A DNA stretch of 32,000 nucleotides, taken from the NCBI GenBank assembly GCA_037441475.1, contig JBBISB010000002.1:1-32000 (forward strand), read 5' to 3'. The first letter of the stretch is position 1. Each line of letters begins with the position of its first letter. The position numbers and the translations under genes were made by a program. Below, one piece after another: positions 25,716-32,000 of the stretch. The stretch is from Candidatus Iainarchaeum sp. (GTDB taxonomy: Archaea; Iainarchaeota; Iainarchaeia; Iainarchaeales; CSSED10-239). The notes beneath the pieces are model-generated. The model saw only the letters and a program-made list of their open reading frames with translations. It did no database searches and was not told the DNA's origin.

Positions 25716-28688
25716 TCACTTTATATCAAGCTTTTTAAAAAGATTGTCTTTTTCAAAATAGTATTGAGATACAATACTATTGAAGTCCTTATAACTATAA
25801 ATCTTAGAATCTCTCATCCATCTCATTATTTTTTTTCTCTTTAAAAAATCAACGACATTTATTGACGAGGATAAAAGATTAATTGCATAAACATCCTCTG
25901 AAAGGTCAATATCAACAACCAAACTTTCTTTTTTATTAACAATTTCTCTAATATTCATTATTTGTAAGACTTCTTTTATACCTTGGTTTATTCTTTTAAG
26001 TTCAATAACTATTGACTTTTGATTTACTACTTTTAATTGATCTAAAAATTGATCTGCAACATCAGGGTTTATTGAAAATAAATTTATATTATACCATGAA
26101 ACATCAAAAACATCTTTTGAAAACTCATCAACAACTATGTAGTCTGGTTTTTGAGAGATTGTTTGTTCAATCATTAACTTCTTATTTAAATCTTGGTTAC
26201 TTGTAAAAACTCTATTAACCCATTCTTTCTGTGGAAGTTTAAAACGATCGTAAGCCTGAACTGTAATAATCTTTTTTTCAGGTAAAAATAATAAAATAGA
26301 GTTAAAGATAATAAATGAATCATCAGTATCTATTATCACAACTTTGTAGTTTTCTGCAATTGCAGACCAGATATATGAAAACACATCAACAGACCCAACA
26401 CTGGTGTTGATTAAAGAAACTGGGGTTAATGGTTCTTCTAAATATTTTTTAATTACAAAAGAAGACCCTTTACTACTAGTATCTCCAACAGAATAAAGAC
26501 CTTCCACCTTATAACCGTTAGGAAGATAACCGTCAATAACAGGATGTGCTTGAGTGATGTAAAGACCCATATTTTTTGTAAGTATTAAAACAAATTTATT
26601 GAGTTCATTGATATCTGGAAAACTAATGTTTGTTTTTAAAAGTCCATACTCTACATGCATGATTGAAAGAGTAGATTTTTCTCCTGAACAACTAACTTCT
26701 AGAATCTTTTTATCTTGTAAAAGGTTTGTTAAGATACCAAGACCAAAGAACTCTCTTTGTATAAACTTAAGATAAAGTTTTTGTTGAAGATTACCAAGCC
26801 TGTAAGAAAGTTTATCTAAGGAAATATCATATATCTTTTCTATATATTTATTTAAACTATGCTTATCTCCATTAAAAGAATAATAGTTTTTGTCAATGGT
26901 GTTGAAAAAAATTCTTTTTAACTGTTGATATTCTTTTTCTTGTTCAGCACTTAAATCAGGTTGAACAAGGTTATAAAATAAACCTAACTCTTGATCATAG
27001 TAAATGGTAACATATGTAAAATCATCTATAGAGTATTTATCATAGATTGTTGTAATATCTTTTTTAAAAGTTAAAATAGGGTCATTGTATACTAGTGAGG
27101 AAAATAAACTATTATCACTTGAAAGTTCTTCTTGATATATTTCTTTATTTATTTTAATAGGATTTTTACCTGCATCTTTTGGTAGTATATAATCAATTCC
27201 TTTATCTCTTAGATCTTTAAACTTTTCTGCAATTAAATCCTTTTTAACTCTAGGGTTTTCTTTTATTCTTTTTACAGTCGTTGTTTCAACTATTTGAGGA
27301 GTTTCAATTATTTGTTTTATACCTAACTGTAATTTTTGATCATCCTCTGGAGTAAACTTAATTTCTGAAAAGGTTTTTTGTGTGCTTGCTTGTTCTTCAT
27401 TTATTTTTTGACTAAAAGAATCAATATTAAATTTTTCTTCTTTTTTTAAAGGAACCCTAGTAATATTTTTCTTAATTTCTTCATTTAATTTTACTTGGTT
27501 GTTATCCATTACAAAGTTAGGTATCTTTTCAGAAGCTTCATTTGTTTTAACAATAGATACCATTTTTGAATCATTATTAAGATCAGTTATTTTTTCCTGC
27601 TCAGAGTTTACTTGAGAAATGAAATTTCTATCAATAACATCCTCCATATTTGAAGAATCGTCTTCAATTGCATACATATCAGGAACATCAATTTCTTCTA
27701 AAAGATCATACTTAAGAGATTCTTTTTTAATGTTATAATCTATTTTATCAACAGCAGAAGTTTGTTTTTCTTTAAAAGATGTTTCTTTTACAGAAGTTAC
27801 TGTTTCTTTCTTATGTTCTGTAAGTGCGTCTATTTTTGAATAAAGATTTTTAACATTATATGAGTTAAACTCAACTTTTTTCATCTTTGGCTTATCATCT
27901 AAGAAAGAAAAGACTTCTAAAAAAACATCTTCATTTAATTTATCAGTTTTTTTATTTAATTCTTCTAAAAGAGAATCAACATTTTCACTCTTATTTTTAA
28001 AAGACTCATAAAAATCATCTTTAGAATTATTTTTTAAAGGACTTTCTTTAAAAGGTTGAGAAACTTCTTTTAAAATTTCTTTTAAAATATTCATTGATTT
28101 ATCATTATTAATTGAATAATCTAAGGATAGGTCTTTTTTAATAACCTTGTCAATAACAGAAATGTTTTTTTCAGGAGATACAAAAGAAGAAATATTCTTT
28201 TGAGATTTATTATTTAAGGAAACTTTATTTTGAACAGATGTAGTTGATTTTACTCTTGAGCGCTTATTTAAAGAAATATCTAATAACTCTTTATGTTCAG
28301 GTATCATTAATTGATTATTTGAAAAAAACTTACTATGTTCTTCTATCATTAGGCGTGGTTTTGTTTCTTCTTTAAGAATAAGATCTTCTTTAGGAGTTAG
28401 AGAAGTTGCTTCCTTTACAATAATTTTTTCTTTAACCTTTTCTTTTTCAAAAGGATTAAATGGTTTTTTATGTTCAGAAATGTCAGAAACGTCTATTTTC
28501 AAGTCTACTTTTTTTACACCTTGATATTCCAAAGGAACTGTTTTAGTTTCTTTTTTATAAGGTAAAGAAACATCCATTTTTTCTAATCTATTTACTTTAG
28601 ATTCGGTTTGATATTTTTGAGTGATACTTTTAGATAGAGGAATTCTTTTAATTACCTTAAAATCTAAAGATCCATCTATTTCTGACAT
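25716..28688 (-). CDS. GspE/CpaF-family ATPase homolog with about 550-600 aa low-complexity N-terminus and a lost Walker A motif
   Basis: 990 aa; C-terminal region retains the family scaffold (GLGILTNLLQDKKILEVSC..., PVIDGYLPNGYKVEGLYS, SSFVIKKY, FLPEKKIITVQAYDRFKLPQKEWVNRVF, ISQKPDYIVVDEFSKDVF) but has IDTDDSF where GxxxxGKT is expected. Confidence 0.78.
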   Translation of the reverse strand: MSEIDGSLDFKVIKRIPLSKSITQKYQTESKVNRLEKMDVSLPYKKETKTVPLEYQGVKKVDLKIDVSDISEHKKPFNPFEKEKVKEKIIVKEATSLTPKEDLILKEETKPRLMIEEHSKFFSNNQLMIPEHKELLDISLNKRSRVKSTTSVQNKVSLNNKSQKNISSFVSPEKNISVIDKVIKKDLSLDYSINNDKSMNILKEILKEVSQPFKESPLKNNSKDDFYESFKNKSENVDSLLEELNKKTDKLNEDVFLEVFSFLDDKPKMKKVEFNSYNVKNLYSKIDALTEHKKETVTSVKETSFKEKQTSAVDKIDYNIKKESLKYDLLEEIDVPDMYAIEDDSSNMEDVIDRNFISQVNSEQEKITDLNNDSKMVSIVKTNEASEKIPNFVMDNNQVKLNEEIKKNITRVPLKKEEKFNIDSFSQKINEEQASTQKTFSEIKFTPEDDQKLQLGIKQIIETPQIVETTTVKRIKENPRVKKDLIAEKFKDLRDKGIDYILPKDAGKNPIKINKEIYQEELSSDNSLFSSLVYNDPILTFKKDITTIYDKYSIDDFTYVTIYYDQELGLFYNLVQPDLSAEQEKEYQQLKRIFFNTIDKNYYSFNGDKHSLNKYIEKIYDISLDKLSYRLGNLQQKLYLKFIQREFFGLGILTNLLQDKKILEVSCSGEKSTLSIMHVEYGLLKTNISFPDINELNKFVLILTKNMGLYITQAHPVIDGYLPNGYKVEGLYSVGDTSSKGSSFVIKKYLEEPLTPVSLINTSVGSVDVFSYIWSAIAENYKVVIIDTDDSFIIFNSILLFLPEKKIITVQAYDRFKLPQKEWVNRVFTSNQDLNKKLMIEQTISQKPDYIVVDEFSKDVFDVSWYNINLFSINPDVADQFLDQLKVVNQKSIVIELKRINQGIKEVLQIMNIREIVNKKESLVVDIDLSEDVYAINLLSSSINVVDFLKRKKIMRWMRDSKIYSYKDFNSIVSQYYFEKDNLFKKLDIK

Positions 28689-28755
28689 ATATCTACTACC
28701 TTGATTAAAATATATTTTAATATATATAGATATAAGTCATTATATTTATAAATCT

Positions 28756-29487
28756 TTATATAAACTGATTTAAGATAACTGACATTAAATCAAAAATATA
28801 TAAGAAGATTACAAGGATGTAACTAATAAAAATAAGGATAACAAAGGGAACTAAAGGAGAAACCCATACCTTTGAAACATTATTCTTTTTTGCAAAGTTC
28901 TTTAATAAAAGTATCTCTTTTTCAGGCTCTATGTTTGGAGCATAAATGATATTTGAAACTACCTTGTTGTTTTCTAAAGTTAATTTTTCTAAAGGAGTAT
29001 AGAATTTAGTAATTTTATTTAAAGATAAAGGGTATCCTAAAAACATTAGATAAAGGGATTTAAAAAAAGAAAATTTAGGATAATTTCTTTTAAAAACATT
29101 AAATAAGAATATAGATGTTGGAACCAATAAAGTTAAAAGTAAAGCAAAAAAGAAAACAAACATTGGAAAATAAATATTAAAGATATTAGTAAAAGACAAT
29201 GCCATTATTGTATATAAATCTCCCTCTCCGATATAAGTAAAATAACTTAATTTTCCAAGACCATAAAAGATTAATAAGAAAACAAAAGTAACAAATATTT
29301 GTAAAAAGTAAGCCCACCATAGAGAGGTGTTACTTTTAAAAATAAAAAAACCTAAATAAATTAGACTAACAATTGCAAGAACAAGTAAAGACATGATATT
29401 TATTTCACGATATTTAATGTCTTGATACGTAATATAAAGTAGAATAACTAAAGTAAATATAACTAATGGTAAATATAAAACATTCAT
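28756..29487 (-). CDS. Archaeal A24-type prepilin/preflagellin peptidase
   Basis: Polytopic; catalytic Asp contexts ITYQDIKYREI and YIGEGDLYTIMAL. Confidence 0.88.
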   Translation of the reverse strand: MNVLYLPLVIFTLVILLYITYQDIKYREINIMSLLVLAIVSLIYLGFFIFKSNTSLWWAYFLQIFVTFVFLLIFYGLGKLSYFTYIGEGDLYTIMALSFTNIFNIYFPMFVFFFALLLTLLVPTSIFLFNVFKRNYPKFSFFKSLYLMFLGYPLSLNKITKFYTPLEKLTLENNKVVSNIIYAPNIEPEKEILLLKNFAKKNNVSKVWVSPLVPFVILIFISYILVIFLYIFDLMSVILNQFI

Positions 29488-30395
29488 ATTGATCTCTTTG
29501 TAAGATACATTAAATCTTTGTAAGCTTTTGTTTTTGTTTTCCTTGCAGTTGATCTTTCAAAAAGATTATCTGTATAGATGCCAGGAGGACCTACAGACAT
29601 TATTCTTTTAAATTTAATTCTATCTAAGATAGTTTTATTTTTAACTTTATCATCTGAAGAATCTATCAAGGACTTTGGTAGATCTAAAGTTATAATACCA
29701 GATCCAATTTCACCTACATTATAACTACCAGAGCCTGCTGTTATAAACTTTGCAGATTTTCCAAGCTTAATGGCAGCTTCAAACCTATAAACAACATCAT
29801 AACTTTTTTGATCTATCTTGTGGGTTATATACTCACTGAAGTTTGAAAGCCCAATTGTTCTAAAAAATCTATGAAGTTCTAAATAATCTAAGACATCTCT
29901 AACTTTCCTTAAAAAGAAAGAATCATACATATAATAAGAAAGATAACCTATTGTCCCTGTATATGCCTCAACACCAATCTTCTTTTCTTTAATTAATTTT
30001 TCAAGTCTATCTAAACCTAATATATATGTTGCTGAGTTTGAGATAAGACCAAAAGGATGAGCTATTGTTATCATATAATTTTTTTTAGAACAAAAATCAA
30101 TTAATCTTCTTAAAGCAACTTTATTTTCATAAAGTATAGAATAGTTATACATCTCTTCATCAGAAGAGTAGACTAAGACCTCTCCTGAGTCTGTCATTAT
30201 CTTTATTCCAGGTATTAATATTTTATCTTTAGGTTTATATTTTAAAAGATCTAAGTATGCTTTCTTTGGATCTAAATAATTATATTCAGTTATGGCTGTA
30301 CCTAAAAGATTATTTTCACAAACTATTTTCCAATATTTCTTTACAGACTCTTTGTTTTTATGTAAGTGAGTGTGCAAATCTATGTTATAAAGCAT
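29484..30395 (-). CDS. PHP-domain protein (metal-dependent phosphoesterase-like)
   Basis: DLHTHLHKNKESVKKYWKIVCENNLLGTAITEYNYLDP...MITIAHPFGL; TGA/ATG overlap with the downstream peptidase gene. Confidence 0.75.
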   Translation of the reverse strand: MLYNIDLHTHLHKNKESVKKYWKIVCENNLLGTAITEYNYLDPKKAYLDLLKYKPKDKILIPGIKIMTDSGEVLVYSSDEEMYNYSILYENKVALRRLIDFCSKKNYMITIAHPFGLISNSATYILGLDRLEKLIKEKKIGVEAYTGTIGYLSYYMYDSFFLRKVRDVLDYLELHRFFRTIGLSNFSEYITHKIDQKSYDVVYRFEAAIKLGKSAKFITAGSGSYNVGEIGSGIITLDLPKSLIDSSDDKVKNKTILDRIKFKRIMSVGPPGIYTDNLFERSTARKTKTKAYKDLMYLTKRSI

Positions 30396-30534
30396 ATTAT
30401 ATATTTATAAACCTATTACTATATATTTATTTTGCTTATATAATATATATTATAGACACATAACTTAAGAATTATATTAATATTTACGATATAGTAAATA
30501 ATTATTTAACAACAAAAAAAGGACGTGAACAAAA

Positions 30535-31839
30535 ATGAAAATAAAATGTTTAGGTGCTGGTCATGAAGTAGGAAGAAGTGGCTTTCTTGTTTCAGGCACC
30601 GATAAGATACTGTTTGATTATGGTTTAAAGTTAAACCCAAGATATCTTAATGAAAAATCAGAAAAAATTGATTTTGAAGGAAATATAGAAGAACCTATTA
30701 AAATAACAGAACAAATAGATGGAGTTATCTTAAGCCACGCACATTTAGATCATTCAGGAGACATACCTTCACTTTACAAGAAAAATTCTCCTAATCTTTT
30801 TTTAACTCAAGCAACTTTAGATCTTTCATCTTTACTTTGGAAAGACACCTTAAAGATTGCAAAGTTTGAACAGAAAAAACCACCTTATGAAATTGATCAG
30901 ATGTATGCTGCTTTAGATAGTGCTTTTTATTTAAAGTTAAGAAGCCCTACAGAAATTACAAAACATACAAAATTAACATTATACGATGCAGGGCACATTA
31001 CAGGAAGTGTTATATCTGTTCTTGAAATGGATGGTAAAAAAATAATGTATACTGGAGATTTTAGAGCATCAGAAAGTTCCTTATTTCCAGGTTATGATAA
31101 AGATTTACCAGAAGTGGATTATTTAATAATTGAAAGTACTTATGGTTCTTCAAATCACTTGCCTAGAAAAAAAATAGAGCAAGAACTAATATCTGAGATA
31201 CAAACAACTTTAAAGAAAAAAGGAACTGTTATGCTTGCATCTTTTGCTATTGAAAGAACACAAGAAATAATTAATCTTTTACATGACTATAAAATAAAAG
31301 TGCCTATCTATGTAGATGGTATGGGTGTTAAGGCAACAGATATTTTCTTAAGATATCCAGAATATTTTAAAAACTTTAAAGAGTTTAAGAAAGCAACATC
31401 AGAAGTAGTTTTTATTAAAAATAGTAAGATTAGAAAGAATGTTTTTAATGAAACAAAACCATGCATAATTGTTTCAACAGCAGGTATGCTTGAAGGTGGA
31501 CCAATGCTTTTATACCTTAAGGAGTTTGGAGATAGTAATATCAATAAATTAATAATGACAGGATACCAAGTAGAAGGAACAAATGGGCATAGGTTAAAAA
31601 CTACAGGTAAACTATTCATTGATGGGGCCCTTTATCAACCAAGATGTGAAGTTAAGCATGTTAGTTTTTCAGGACATCCTGATAAATATGAACTTATGGA
31701 GTTTGTAAATCTTGTAAACCCTAAAAAAGTTATTTGTATACATGGAGATACTCATGCTGTAAATGACTTTGTTGCTGACTTAAAGAAAGAAGGGTATGAG
31801 GCAGTAGCACCTATCACTGGTGAGACAGTAGAATTATAA
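30535..31839 (+). CDS. Beta-CASP metallo-beta-lactamase ribonuclease (archaeal aCPSF/RNase J-like, no KH domain)
   Basis: LGAGHEVGRSGFLV, ILSHAHLDHSGDIPSL, DAGHITGSVISVLEMDGKKIMYTGDFR, ESTYGSSNH, VKHVSFSGHPDKYELMEF, VICIHGD. Confidence 0.94.
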   Translation: MKIKCLGAGHEVGRSGFLVSGTDKILFDYGLKLNPRYLNEKSEKIDFEGNIEEPIKITEQIDGVILSHAHLDHSGDIPSLYKKNSPNLFLTQATLDLSSLLWKDTLKIAKFEQKKPPYEIDQMYAALDSAFYLKLRSPTEITKHTKLTLYDAGHITGSVISVLEMDGKKIMYTGDFRASESSLFPGYDKDLPEVDYLIIESTYGSSNHLPRKKIEQELISEIQTTLKKKGTVMLASFAIERTQEIINLLHDYKIKVPIYVDGMGVKATDIFLRYPEYFKNFKEFKKATSEVVFIKNSKIRKNVFNETKPCIIVSTAGMLEGGPMLLYLKEFGDSNINKLIMTGYQVEGTNGHRLKTTGKLFIDGALYQPRCEVKHVSFSGHPDKYELMEFVNLVNPKKVICIHGDTHAVNDFVADLKKEGYEAVAPITGETVEL

Positions 31840-31854
31840 AAGATTTGATTTTGT

Positions 31855-32000
31855 ATGAAGAGATTTTGTCCTAAATGTGGAAAAACAATAACTGAAGAAG
31901 GAATGATAAATAACTTTTGTATAGATTGTTATATGTCAGAAAATGAACTAATTAAAGTTCCAGAGATAGACATCTCTCTTTGTGTTAAATGTTTTAAGAT
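31855..32000 (+). CDS. NMD3-family-like zinc-binding protein, N-terminus only (truncated by window edge)
   Basis: MKRFCPKCGKTITEEGMINNFCIDCYMSENELIKVPEIDISLCVKCFK with CxxC...CxxC...CxxC spacing. Confidence 0.7.
   Translation, partial: MKRFCPKCGKTITEEGMINNFCIDCYMSENELIKVPEIDISLCVKCFK

Noticed and set aside
3866-30395. Genome-wide reassignment of UGA to glycine (as in SR1/Gracilibacteria)
   Set aside because: Only one gene contains internal UGAs, while several ORFs here end at UGA (10017, 13607, 19698, 21982, 25716, 29484). Readthrough at 10017 would cross three UGAs in seven codons and run into the next gene. The content is also archaeal.
1-32000. CRISPR array or Cas genes
   Set aside because: No regularly spaced repeats with unique spacers and no Cas motifs. 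The 15-bp tandem repeat at 9-53 has no spacers.
1-32000. Transposon, integrase or prophage
   Set aside because: No transposase, integrase or terminal inverted repeats seen. The glycine-rich surface ORF has a phage-tail-like composition but sits in a pilus locus with no phage genes.

Overview
AT-rich archaeal window, most likely DPANN-like. Evidence: an archaeal L10e ribosomal protein, an aCPSF-type beta-CASP nuclease, an NMD3-like N-terminus, and archaeal type II/IV secretion-pilus membrane proteins. Housekeeping content: bacterial-type thrS, three minus-strand tRNAs (Leu-CAA, Ser-GCT, Asp-GTC), ndk, L10e, a Trm11/TrmG10-like methyltransferase and a beta-CASP nuclease. The two most interesting regions are minus-strand type IV pilus/secretion-like loci. 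Locus A (about 9.3-12.6 kb) has a ferredoxin domain apparently joined across an A8-run frameshift to a secretion ATPase. That ATPase has intact catalytic motifs but one in-frame TAG beside the His box; it is followed by two T2SF-like membrane proteins. Locus B (about 19.7-30.4 kb) has a PHP protein, an A24 prepilin peptidase, a 990-aa ATPase homolog whose Walker A is replaced, two T2SF-like proteins, a DUF192 protein, two duplicated pilin-like genes with duplicated upstream repeats, and a large Ig-like/glycine-rich surface ORF that lacks its own signal peptide and overlaps the pilin in the +1 frame. Separately, an S66 (MccF/LD-carboxypeptidase-like) gene has two in-frame UGA codons, each at a normally conserved glycine, with its catalytic residues and frame otherwise intact. 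Gene assignments rest on motif recognition only; no database search was possible.
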